Origin: Yuukianura sp. NJ FZ-2021 | Lineage: Eukaryota | Length of the DNA stretch: 64,000 bases | NCBI GenBank assembly: GCA_046563655.1 | Contig: CM102287.1 | Span: 8,122,001-8,186,000, forward strand | Direction of reading: 5' to 3' | Part shown: piece by piece, positions 40,801-53,500 of the stretch | How positions within the stretch are numbered: the stretch's first letter is position 1 | Layout: each line of letters opens with the position of its first letter | Program-made: the position numbers and the translations under genes | The notes under the pieces: model-generated | Seen by the model: only the letters and a program-made list of their open reading frames with translations | Told to the model about the DNA's origin: nothing | Database searches by the model: none

Positions 40801-43800
40801 AGCTGTACTTTTGATGAGAGGATTTTCACATCATAAAAGCAGTTTCCTCGTCTAATTATACTCGATTACCTTAGGTTTACCTTAGTAGGTTTTGAATTCA
40901 TTAGCAACATGAGTTACTACTTCCATAATTTCATATTTTCCCAGGGATTTGAGTAAGTTTATTGCATTATGTTAGCAAGTTGCGAAAAATGTTTTTCCCC
41001 TATTTCCATGTCCATTTGCTTTGGCCCTTGTATTGACTTTGCAAAATGGACTTTTGACATTGGGTCTCTCTAGGCGGGAATTATGCCTTTCACACTTTCT
41101 AAGGCTAATCTTTATTTCAAATCTGCAGGAAAAGAGTCTCGAGCTGGCCAGACAGAAAAGTTCATGTTGTTAAGCAGAGTGTTCAGAATACGGTGGCTGC
41201 CCTTAGCCAAGCCAGCGTATAACCTAACCGAGATTTCCTTCCCATAAATTCCAAGTCAGGACAGGAATAAAGCATATTTTTAGAAGAGCGAAGAGATTCG
41301 CAGGCAATAAAGAGGGACAATTCCAGTAGTGCTAGTGTGACGACGACGTTCAGGCTTCACTGCCTCCATTCTTTTCTACAAAGTTGGATTTTGGCCGGAA
41401 AACAATGATTGCCAAATTCTTTTCATGGAAATGTAGCCCAAAAACATGGGTCTCTTCGTGCATCTTCTTAAACCAAACATCTAACATGAAAAAATTTTGA
41501 GTTTGAGTGTTGAATCTTAACTTGAAACTAGCCAAGCTTCACGCTTTCTCTCCTGCAGCTTTCTCTTAACCCAAAGCTTAGCCTAACCTGGACGTTAGGT
41601 TAGTAATTTTAGCCTAACCGTGTGTAAGGACAACCTGAGGATGTTGGTTGGGTAATAACATCTTTTGTGGAATGATACTTTAATCTTGTGAGGAATTCGG
41701 ATGAACAATTGAATCTGATCCGAATGTTATTGTTGTGTGGGATAATGGAAAAAGTTATGAGGGAAAAATGTAGTAGAGACCAATTCATTGCTTTCTCTTT
41801 GCCCGTTTACATTCTGATCTCCAAACACACGAAGAAGAGTAGCCTCTCTTAAGCTTAGGTTTCCACCTAAACCTACGTTTTTGCTTAACTTCCTACCCTC
41901 CAACACGTCATGAGTCCCCAGTCCAAACTACTTCAACTGCGCCCACTAGAAGAAGATGGGAAATTTGTGGTAGTGGCCATGAATCAAGGTTATCAACAAA
42001 AACCGCGCGTCTTTCATCCACTGTAAATTGAATTTCAGCTCTCATGGGGAAGTACGCAAAGCTAATCCTCAGTTTAACACCCACCTCAAAATGTGTTACG
42101 GTTTAGCAACATTCCTCAAAAAAGATTTCAAGAAAAAATCTTCCAGTAATTTTTAAGAAAGAGTGAAAGTAAAATTTCAATTTTTCACTTCTAAAATGCT
42201 ATCAGGAGCGTCACTTTTTTTTGCAAATTGACAAATCTTGTTACTGTGAGTGTGAACTGATTAGAGTGTGACATGATTTATTTGTGACACCAACGAATGA
42301 TTTGTGTTCATGTCACTCTGAGCTACCCCAAGCCAATGCATCCAGTATGTTTTAGCTTAACCTAGCATTAACTTAACGTTTTGGAAAAGCATAACCTTAG
42401 GGACTTTGAATTTGGGCAAAGTCAATGCCCTTGTGCCGATTTGAGAAACTCAGCCTAAAAAAGAAGGCCTTTGATTAATATTTCTTCCTTCTTCCCTCAC
42501 ATCATCATTATTACAGATCTGTATGTTTTCATCTGCGGATTAATGAGTTCTAGCCTTGAGTCCTACCATATTCCATATACTTCTCCCTACTAGCCTAGGT
42601 TTCAGCGTTTAGGATTGGGTTATAGCCAATAGGTTATAAAGCATCTAAAGCCTTGTTTACATGGGATGAGAGGGTGGAAAGTCTCTGCGTTTTATGACCC
42701 ACTGTAAGTGTCCCATTAAATCCTCCACTGGGCCAAGGGACTCTGAGGCACACGGCTGCTTTCCTTGCGGAAGGTCAGTCAAGGCCCCTCTTTCCTAGCC
42801 GCTGATAAACATCTACACAATTGCAGCTTCATTTGCTGTCGACATGTAAACATTTCCATTACTGTGTAATCACTACCCTTCGGAAGTTATTAAAAAGTTT
42901 CATCTTTCTAAAAAAAATTGTAAGAGAAAGTAACCGGTTTTCCCCGGAGAAACAGAAAGCAATATACTACTCCATTTTTTGATTTATGGCTGTACAGTTT
43001 CGTTTTCTAAGAAAACTGGGAAGGGAAGGAAGAGTAATGAACCGATTTTTTAAATCTTAGAAACAGTAATTAATAAAATGGAAATTTCAAAAAGTTGAAA
43101 AACTGAAAAAGTTAAAACGGGAGCCTTGAGCTTGTAAGCCTACTTGGATCTCTGCCTAATTAAAATCATGCACTTTTCATCGATCTGTTGGCTTCCTGCC
43201 GGAGCTTATTCAAATGTCAGCTTTCACTGCAATTACTGCTACTCTGAGCTTTACAAATGTCATCATATGGAAAAATTCGGAAAAAAGGACAAAAAAAGTA
43301 AGTCGAATTTGAACAAATGTAGGGATTTCTTAGGAACAGAGTGAGATGGTGAAAGCAAAGTCATAATTCATTTGGTCCATGAAGAAAAGAAGATTCTGTT
43401 CCACTAACTTTTGTATTACTTCCACCAGTTCTGGAACCTTACTGTCCCACAGAACGACAAGGGAGAGTTTTGTACTAAAGTAACACTGACTCGTTCTCAA
43501 AGTAAAGCCACCGAGTAGAAAGTACGAGATAGGGAAAACTAACATAGGGAAAGTTGGTGTAGGGGAGCGAAAGGCAGAGGGTAGGGAACTAGATGGACTC
43601 GCGTCAGAAGCCAGGGAGAAAAGGTTCAAGTTTTGTGCCAGGGAAGCCGGGTAGTTTGGTAGTGGGAAAATGCCCAGGAAAAGTGGCAACGTCGGAGAGA
43701 AGAAACCGACGCCGGGAGTTAGTGGGCAGAAGAAAGGAGAAACGCAACTTTCTCTCCCTATTCATCATCACAACAAAATTCAATTTCCCTAAGAGCATAT

Positions 43801-46282
43801 AGCCTACATAGGAGTTAGGTTATAGCCAGGGTCTTGAACTGAGAAAAGTGAAAATCATTCTGCCAAAAATGTTGCAAAATTTTCAAAATTAGCAGCATTT
43901 CTAAATCGAATTTTTCAGTGCAAAACTGTTCATTAGCGCGACGAAAAACTAACCTTTTCATAATTTTTGTGGAGATTTCCACAAAAAATTATTACACGGC
44001 GTATTATTTTGACCAAAAAAAAAACTCAGATTTTGAATTTTCATTGTCGGGCTGGTTTGTCGTGTTTTGCTTTGTTATTTGAACAAAAAATTTTGTTTGA
44101 ACAAAAAAGTGATTCAAAGTAGAACAGGAAAGGGAAACGACTTCGAATTTTGCTCTAGTTTCCCTTTGCCCGACTTTTAGTTGTGCTTTTGAAGGGCAGG
44201 AGAGAGGCAGAGAACTTTCGCGTGGACTTTTATAGGAAATCAAGACTTTCTCTTATTGTTTCAAACTCAAATGGAAACCTTAACCCACAATAATCATTCA
44301 CTTTTGTTACCAAAACTATTTTCAAAACGATTCATTCTAGTACTACTCAAAGTCGTTGTAATGATAATAACAATAATAATTCACAAAATTGTAACATTAG
44401 GTTAGGTGCTACTTAAAAATGCATTTCAGACTCTCAAATACCTTGCATAAGAACCACTTATACATTCGCACTCAATATTGCAAAAAATAAAACTTCTTCA
44501 AAAAAAGTTTTGATTTTTCTAAATTTCTAAAAATTGGCATTTTCAAAAGAAATGCTATCGTACAAATTCCTTCGATTCTGGTTCAACTTTTTTCCCCACT
44601 TTTTGGTTAAACGAACTTTCATTTTATGTATTTTTTATTTTTACTTTCACAACCTCAGCGAGTCCTCAAATTTCACTCCTTCATTCATAAAAGTCAGAGT
44701 TTTACGACGGAGCTTCTTTTACTCCCAGTGTTTAAAACTACTTGAGCCTTTTGACTCTGCAAATTGTTTGCCTACGCACCTCATCAAGTTGGGACATAAA
44801 AACAGAAGCTAGGAGTCATAAAAGTCAATAGAACGTGTTTCTCAAACGACCTCGTAACTATAAACTAAAGGAGTCAACTTTTTGCAAATCTTTTCGCAAA
44901 CAGTCTTCTGACGGCCCGCAAATTTGCAAATTGCGACAAAACATCCGTTTTGCCTTTTAGGAAGTTTCTAAGTCTTAATTCTTCCTTTCTCTGATGCTAA
45001 TGAAAACTTTCTTCCCGTTGGCCCATTAATATCAATATCTATTTTCTATTAGGAGTTGGCCAGCACTAGACTAAGCTTTGCTAGCGCTCCGCTCGCTCGC
45101 TAACTTAGCTAGCTCCTTGCCGCCTCCATAACTCACTTCCTTGTCTCCGTGAAGCAAAAGGAAAGGGAACTAAGGAAGCAGAAGAGATGAATTGCCTTTT
45201 GCATTTCACAGGCCCAAAAAGAAACTTGTAGCCGCGGCAGTGGCAGCGACCGCCGCGGCGTACATTTTTTTTGCAACGCGGCTTTCTTTCTTGTATAAGG
45301 AACAAGGACACGAGCCACCACACTTAGGCCAAGGTTTACATAGGCATCAAGAACCTAGCCTTTTCGGAATCTTTTACACACAAGTGTACTAATGTTAAGT
45401 TAGGTTTTTTTGGAAAGAAGAAAAGTCGGTGGGCTTTGCGGAAAAAGAGGATGAAGGGTGTAATTTTTGTGCTGATTTATGGATGCATGCATTCCCCATT
45501 AGGCTAATAAAGCCCTTCCACCATAATGAGAATTCAAAAAAAGAATCGGCTACTACCTACTAAAGCTTTCCTCCACTTTCACGAAATCAAAACGCGCGCT
45601 TTCTTCTATTGATTCTTGACTTTCACTGCTTTCACCTTTTCTTTTTCAACAAATGTTAACAAAACCAGTTTCAAAATCAACTTGAGTAGACCAAGCATCC
45701 AGTATTTCTGAAATACGTTAAACATTTTGCTAAACTTTTTTGCAGACTGAACTTTGCAAAATTGAAAGTGCGAAACATGGAAGATTCTACATTTTCTTAA
45801 TTTCTTGGATTGCCTGCCATTGAATTTTTAACTTTCAAGCAGCTTTTGTTTAGTTTATGAGTTAAGATTTAATTTTTAATCGCACCTCAGGTACAAAACC
45901 AAAATTGTTTGCGTAAAAATTAAAATTTTTTGAAAATTGGAAAATTCGGATTGTTGTTACTACTCTTCAAATTCAAAATCGCAATAAATCTTCTTCGAAA
46001 TACAAAGCAGTAGGCAGAAGCAACTAGTATAAACGTAGAACGAGGTTGATGTCAAAGTTATAAAAAATTTCGAGTTGGAATGCAAATTTGGAATTATTAG
46101 TAAGTTCCAAACAGAAATACTTTCACTGTACTAAGATAAATTCATGTTATTGTTGACCTGAAAAGTTTGCTCAATTTTGGGTAAGAGTCATTTGGTCATC
46201 GACTTTTGTGATTTTTTAAAGCAAAAGCAATAACTTAAAATATAAATGTATGAATATAAAAATAGGAAAAAGAGTGTTGTAC

Positions 46283-46297
46283 CTAAATAGGACTGAC
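46283..46297 (-). other. Ubx: Candidate 15-nt alternative extension of exon 1 (second in-frame 5' splice site)
   Basis: G GT CAG TCC TAT TTA G|GTACAA: a second AG|GTA donor in the same phase, 15 nt downstream, would add GQSYL to the linker. Confidence 0.55.
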
Positions 46298-46859
46298 CTG
46301 CAATGGCCATCCAGGGGTAGAAGGTGTGGTTGGCGGATTGTTGAAGTTGAGATGCTGCCTGTGACGAGACGACTCCATTGTTGAGGGAGCATGTGGCATT
46401 CCATGAGGTCAGAGATCGGGAAGGACTCGTGGGTTCAACCGAAGGATGGCCAGGAGTTGCATAGCGTCCGTCTGGAGTACAAACGGCGGGGCGAACGGGG
46501 ACTCCCGAGCTGGACCCAGTTGAGCCACCGCTCCCACCGCTCGACGTCTGCCACCCGCCTGACCCCGCCCCATGTCCACCAACGCTACTGCCAGTGGTGG
46601 CGCTGAGGTCTTTTGAAGAGTAGCCATTGGCTTGATCCTTACATTCCAGCTTGTACTGCTGCTGAGAGTCTTGGAGGCTGGAAGCGCCGTAGAGTTTACA
46701 GGCAGCGGCTGTAGCGTCGTACGGAGAGTCTTGGGGGGCCCTTTGATGATGTTGTGAGTAAGGGGACATGCCGAGTCCTATTGGAAAGCGGTAGTTGTTG
46801 GGGTCAGAGGCTGACGGAGTTCCGTAGAATCCGCTCTGTTCAAAGTATGAGTTCATCAT
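46298..46859 (-). CDS. Ubx: Ultrabithorax coding exon 1 (N-terminus to YPWM hexapeptide)
   Basis: Translates MMNSYFEQSGFYG...YRFPIGLGMSPYS...SPYDATAAACKLY...RPAVCTPD...NHTFYPWMAIAG, all diagnostic Ubx motifs. ATGs at 46859 and 46856. Ends at a phase-1 donor GCAG|GTCAGT (intron starts 46297). Confidence 0.97.
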
Positions 46860-47209
46860 CTTGACCTGGTCAAGTTGTGTTGGGGTCAAAAAGTTAAAGT
46901 GAGGGTCCGAATAGGGTCCAATTGTTAACAAATCCGTTTTCACTTCAGAAGAATTTTGGATGTTTGAACCATTTTTTTGCAGTTTGAAGTTGAAAATTTT
47001 ATTGGAGGTTTTATTGCTCGTAAAGCTTTTGTGTTGAAATCATTTCGCTTAAGCACCTTGCTTTTAGTGTACTTACAACTCAAGGGTCCTTTTTTTGGTT
47101 TGTACACCCTTGTTTTCAAAACAATGTGAAAAGGTATTAGCTTTCACTTTCCACTTTGTCAAAAAACAGTATTTTTAAAAACTTTTTAAGTTGAATTTTT
47201 TTTCAAAGT

Positions 47210-47553
47210 TCGTATACACTTGAAGTGATGATGATGTTGACTTAATTGACTGGAATTTTAGTTTTCTTTCGTATTTTCTTCTCGTATACTTTGAAGAGTT
47301 GACGTATATTGAATTCGTTTGTTGACTTTTGTTTTTTTCACTTGTAACTTCACAATTTTTAAAACCTTGGGTATTGTGTCAAGATTTTCAAAGTTGGACA
47401 AATTGCTAAACTTTTTACTAAATTCTCCGAAATTCCGGAAGTGACTGACTTTGTTTTTCGAAGCAATTAACTTTAACTGAGGTTAACTTTAACTAACTGA
47501 CATGACCTTAGGTGATGTTGTGAAGACTTTTGGTGTGACCTTTAGTCGTATAC
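47210..47553 (-). promoter_or_regulatory. Cluster of miR-iab-4-5p-complementary motifs upstream of the Ubx start codon (presumptive 5' leader)
   Basis: Plus strand TCGTATAC at 47210, 47282 and 47546, and ACGTATATTGAAT at 47302, all in the orientation complementary to the miRNA in Ubx-sense RNA. Confidence 0.5.
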
Positions 47554-50500
47554 AGAACAATATTGAGTAAGACTGTGTGGATGTGTCTGCGTCAAGGTAC
47601 AAGTGAAGAATGAAAGGAAAGTGAAGAGTTGAGCTTCTCAAAATAATTTTTTGTTGTGTGTGGATGATGTCGGAAGCAAAAGCACGTGAAGTTAGGACCG
47701 TCGTGGTGGTGGTGCAAGAAGACGCTAAGGTTTTGCCAGTCAGTAGTTCTGCCAACACGTGAGTACTGGCCGCTTCTGCGACTCTCGAGCACTGCTGAAC
47801 TCTGTTTAGAACAAACTTGAAGCACTGTGAGCGTCGAATCCAATTCGAACTTGGAAAGCCTAAGCTAACCTTAGAGGTTTGGGAAGCGTCAAAGGGCGAA
47901 GCTTGCAGCTACCCCTATCCGACTCAATTCGAAACTAAACAAGCTCAGTGAAAGTTTTTTTTTGAAACTTTTTCGTCCCTTACGAAAGCACCCAAAATGT
48001 AAGTTTCTGTTCAAACAGGCTCGGGTTCAACTTCGGGTTCTCAGGGATGAAACAAACAGAACAAAAATTTCAAAGTTTTCCAAACTTGGCAATACGAGCG
48101 ACTCCCAGCGTCGAAGTTTCGACATTCTTCTCCTCTTTGCTTGTTCAAAAAATTGCGGCAAAAACTTGCACAAAATAAGTTTTTTTTTTACAATTCAAAA
48201 ATGAATTGTTCCAGTAGTTTTTATTTAAGCAAGAGCAGAATTTGATAATGACTAAAATAGTTTAAATATAAATAAACATTAATTAAAATTTACGATTTTA
48301 AAATTTTGTAAAAATTAAATTATACTGAGAATTCTTTCCACTTTCATTCCCCTAACTTGCTTCATCAAACCCAAAAAACTGCTCACTTAATGATAACACC
48401 TAAGACAAAAGAAAAGTTCTTTAGTGTTTGGAATGTTGGCCTAACCTAACCTGTGTTTTCCTGAAAACAGATTTGGATTTTTTTACGTTTCAATTTTTTT
48501 TTCCAAAATTTTGAGCAAGTTGAATAACGTTTCGTTGAAATGCGGAAACCTCATTCCCTGTATCCAGGCGGGACACTTGAAAGGGTAAATGAGCCCTTGA
48601 TTTTTATTTGATTGTCAAATGACAATAGTATGAGGGTAGAAAAAAATAGTATGAGGGGCAAATGGAAAAGTAGTTTGAAACAGAGCCTATTTTTCCGTCT
48701 AAAATAGCTTCACTAGAAACTAGAAACGGAGCCTTAGAAGCTATAATCCCAAGTTTCAAAAACTATTTCCTCTTCAGTGGTCCATTGTCATCAAGGCACA
48801 AGTGGGTACTTGGGCAGATGACTTCCCTAACCGCATCTTCACTTTCATTTGACCCATCCTTAGGTCACAACTTCGTTTGTTGTTGTTTCATCAATCACAG
48901 CGGCCCTTCTTTTTCAAAATTGCTTTCTCTTTTTCTCAAAACTTTTTTGGTTTTTGTCAAAATGAAACTTTTTGTGTCGCTGTTTTGAACTTTTGGAAAG
49001 GATTTTTATGAGAAAGAAATTGACGTGACTACGACCACTGTTGAGTTTATGGACCCGTTGAGTTGCTCCAATTTATGAGATTTTGGCTGGTTTTATTCAA
49101 GTTCTTGACAAAGAATTTCCTTGATATTCTTTTAGGTTACGTCTCCCATTGTCACAATCCACATCTTAACAAGCCTCATAAATTTCATCCTCCTCCGTAT
49201 AGCCTAACAACATATAAAAAAAAACCTACACTTCAAGTCCAATCTTCCAAAATTTCAAGGAAATGTACAAAATTTTTGGACAAAGTGGTTCGCCGCATGC
49301 CTCTCCGCACACTCGCCTGGTGTCGTTTTGCAACTTTTCCAAAAACAGGATTTGGAAAACAAGAAAGGAATTTCCAGTGGAAGCATATTGCTGGAGGGTG
49401 GTTTTTGGTGGTTTCCAAAATTGTGATCTTCATCAGGATCAGCAGCAGCAGAGGTCCGTGTGCCATCATCAACGTTAGGTTGGAATGATCATTTTCATTC
49501 CTCACACTTCATTCTGGAGCCCTTTGGTTCTGGATCGCAGAAGTAGCGGGTCCTAAGGCCTTCTAGAACCTCCTCAAATGGATGGAAAATGTAGAGAAAT
49601 GAGACTATTAGGAGAGGACAAATGTCATAATTTTCTCCTCAAAATGAAGTCATAGTCATGAAAATAAAGTGTTCTCAATTGCTTATGGAATGGCTAGAAA
49701 ATGAAAATCTCGTGAACAACTCTTGAATAGTGTATTTGGAGAAACTAGTACTAGAGGGATAGCTAGAGAGGGGAGTCCGCTTGTTGTCAATTGAAGAAAA
49801 AGCTTCCAAAAGTATTTGGAACCAACTTGAATTGTAAAAATGAAGAAAAAAACTTGTCAAAGGACTGGTTTATAAAGTTGTAAACACTAAATCAATCCAA
49901 CTGTAACAAAAAAAATCAAAAGTTTAAACTCGAAAGATGCACGAACACAATTCAGCTCTAGTCCTAGCTCCTGCTGTAGCAAAAAAAAAATTCATGCCGA
50001 AACTTCAAAAAAAAAGTGTTCCAAAAAACAAGAAAAAAATGAAGAAAATTTTCAAGAAGATTTCATTTTCAAACTCCCTCGAGAAACAATTTGAACTCAA
50101 TTTGAAAGTCAAAAATTTATTCTTCCTGCGTTTTGAAAGAGAAAGTTTTATTTGCGCCAACTAATTTCTTGGAGCTTTTTTTTCACCTCGATAGAGACTT
50201 ATATATTAAAAAGTATTTCCAAATGTGTAGAAGTTTGTTTTGATTCAAGTTTTGAAAATTTTGAAGAACTGTTCTGGCTTGTAAAAACGCACTCGACTTA
50301 TGTGAATGAATCTTGAATGTAGTGTTTAAAAGCAAATTGAAAAAGAAAATACTAAAATGAACGCCAGTGAAGCGTACGAAGTTCATCGAAAAGGCTAACC
50401 TTGGGATCCGCTATTCTTAAGATTTTTTTTATGTTCCGCAGGATTCTGTTTAAGTTTTGAATTGAAGAAGGGTTGATGGTGCAGAGAGTGGTGTGTTGAT

Positions 50501-53500
50501 GAAGGCATTTATCATGTTCCGTGTTTTGTGTTCTTGGCAGTTTGCGTTGGAAGTTTCATCACTTGGGCCTTGAGTTTAAGCTTTGAAAATCTGCTTTGGA
50601 ATTGTATTCTTTTGGGCTGGGACGATGTTAGCGTGTGGTTTTTGAATTCCATTGTGGGATTAGCACTACACTTTCCCCTTCATCTTATAATGTTGAAGAA
50701 CTAAGGCTTAGGTTGATCTTCCTTTGGTTTAGAGATGTACTTTGGCAGAGGATTCGCATCCATCGGGAGACTAACCCCATTCATCACTGTCACCCTGGCA
50801 GAAGGGAAGAAGTTAAGGAGGGGTCGTCTCTTCCGTCATCTCCAAAACCAATGCTAACATCTATCCACCATCACAGAGCTCAGATAGGACGAAATCCTTA
50901 TGTGTAGAATGGCTGCAGAACGATGGACACTCTGCACAATCTAAACCAAGACAGACAAAAACCAGAAAACTTCTTAAGTTTTAAAGAGAAATTTAACTTT
51001 CATTCATTTTCTCCCACACATTTTCACATTCCAGGAAAAATTGAAAAATCAGCGACTTTTCAAACATTTTCGGAAGTTCGACGGCCGTCGATCTGGAAAA
51101 TCTAAACTTTAAAATAATTTCATTGCCTCAGTTTCATATCCGTTTCCCGCGGCGTTTATATTTAAGAAAAAATGAAAAATATTCAATTATTGAATTTTTA
51201 CCAAATTTTTGAGGCAAAGATGATGCAAAACTTTCTCCAATGTAAAATTTCTTTGATATTCCAACATCGTCGAAACTGAAGTGCATTCTGTAGAAAAGGC
51301 GAGTCTTGAAAAATCGATTAAAAGTGTATATGGTAGGACTGTGTAGAATCACATTGTAGATGCGCTGGCGCTGTTTTTGAAGCGCCTTCAAATCCTGTTC
51401 CAGCTCCCTACTATTATATTCCACCGTTGTATAAAGTGGGATTTCTAGAAAAGGATTTTCTCTCAAAATGGAAAAGGATTGTTTTCGTTGTTCAAATGGC
51501 TTGAAAAACCTGGCTCAAAATGGACTCCCAGCCTTTTCCTTAATCGATTCACAAGAAAGTGGAAACATTTCTCTATTCTATAAAGTTCTGGAAGTTCCAG
51601 AACATGTTCGCATGAGCACAACGATTGCATAGTGTATGATTCAAGTGTCGCTCCTTATGAGGCTTGGATTTTCTGGAAGACACACCATGACCAAAGGGAT
51701 TAGAATCTTTAACTTCACAATTTTAAATTTGGGAAGCCAAAATGTTCCGAAGTCTAATGCAACTTTGTTACGCTTAATCTCAGAAGCTGAGAGGTGATCA
51801 GGAGACACTTTGTGGAGTAACCTAACTTTTTTTGGAATACTCTAACAGTCTAGAGTAAAGTTTAATCGCTATCCTTCAGTAAAAATCTTTTGGAGAGACA
51901 CGAGAGTTCAAAAGTGGATCATTTAGAGGATGAGGGTTGACAATTTTGATAAGATCCTTCACAGACCAAAGTCATCTTGGTCATTGGCAACTTTTCTCTT
52001 GGGACCAGTCCAAGTATCATCATCACCATCACATCACCAAAGTGTCACTTCTGTAAAATCTGGAACTTTGGAAAGTAGATAGGAGCGTTGGGTTAACTTA
52101 AGTGTGAGGTCAGAGGTCAAGGCAGAAATTGTGTTACTCTGTGACGACTTCTGGAACCTGGAATTAAATGGAGGGAAATGAAGAAGCTTCTTTTCTAATC
52201 CTAAAATCTCAGTTGATTTACTTTAGAGTTAGATTTGTGACGTTGATTCAAGGGGATGAAGTCTTGTAGAACAAAGAAAACGGGTTTCAAAGTCCTCCAA
52301 CTATGGTCATACAGACGGAGTTTTTAAATTTATGAAAAACTTTTATGAAAAACGCTCTGGCTACTTACTCCTTTGCTCCCTTGTTCGTATTCACAAAGAA
52401 TTTTATATTAAAATTCATCATCTGAAGTCAGTTTCCTATTTCATTCCTTGAAAAAACTTATGCAGAATGCAACAACGTATACTTTTGAACAAGAAAACAC
52501 ATTAAGGTATTGCATTTCCTTGGATTCAACATTTTTTAAAAAAGGTGTTCAGTGTCCCGGGGGTTCCACATTTTTTATATGAAGCAATTATTTAAAAAAC
52601 TAGTTTTTAAAAAAAAGTCCAAGAAATTGTGCCATTAGTAACACAATTGAACAATGCACTTGAGCTGGAGATTGCAAAGAGCCCTGAAGGCCCTACCCTG
52701 TTTTCGGCCAATTCTGTATAATGGCCAATTGGATAATTTCAAAAATTATAAATTTGAAATTTTGAATTTGAAAAGAGCATCTGCGTGTGTGTGATTAGCA
52801 CTCACTTGGCTTAGAGCTTAAACTGAGGTGGGAATTATAGCAATTTAAAAATTGAATTCATTCCAATTTTATAATTTCCAATTTCCAAAATGCTGCTGGA
52901 CATTATCTGATCAAGAAAAGTTACAATTTAAAATGTACAAAAGTTTCTTCTTTTTTTCAAAAAGTGAGACTTGAATTTTGATTTTGAGCCAAGAAAAAAT
53001 GTTTAGAGCTGGCGGAAGGCAGAGAGCTAGCTGAGCCAGAACAGTTTTGATTTGATTTTGATTTCTGTTTTGTTTCTTTCGTTGTTCCTGTCCAAAGCCC
53101 ACTTCATCATTAGAGTGAAGTGGTCTGTAATTAATTTAATCGGTTCTGGAATAGCAATGGACTGGCTAGTTCCACCACTGAATGAACTTACACTTGGAGG
53201 AGAAGTAGTTCTGCAGTCTGGTTTTAGTATTCCTTCAACGAAAACTTGGAAAGAAACAATGGAAACTTGTAATTACGTAAACACTCTTGCACAAAAAGTT
53301 ACGCTTTGAATTTTTTGGCTTTGAAACTTAAAAGGCAGAAAACACTGCGTTTTCAAAAGCAGAAAAAAAGTTGAGATTTGCGATTAAAATCAAAATTATG
53401 ATGAAGCAGGAGAAAAATGGTGGTGGCAGGAATGGAAAATATAGCACGACATGTTTCTCTCTCTACGAAACTGTAATTTTCTGTGTTCAAGAAAATCATG

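Noticed and set aside
45228..45272. Rho-independent terminator-like hairpin plus T-run
   Set aside because: The context is a eukaryotic intron, so a bacterial terminator interpretation does not apply.
46188..46282. Hydrophobic read-through tail of the exon-1 ORF (TTLFFLFLYSYIY...)
   Set aside because: T-rich intronic sequence after the splice donors, with no evidence of translation.
46860..46943. 28-codon N-terminal extension of Ubx in the ORF track (MKTDLL...)
   Set aside because: Starts at GTG, not ATG. The conserved MNSYF start at 46859/46856 is the expected eukaryotic initiation site.
47419..47940. Inr+DPE core promoter for Ubx (TCAGTC at ~47446, TCAGTT at ~47478 and ~47498, TTAGTT at ~47936)
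   Set aside because: None has a clean DPE at +28 to +32, so the TSS cannot be called from sequence.
48624..48657. 13-bp direct repeat AATAGTATGAGGG twice
   Set aside because: A simple local duplication with two copies and no spacer array or other structure, so not CRISPR-like.
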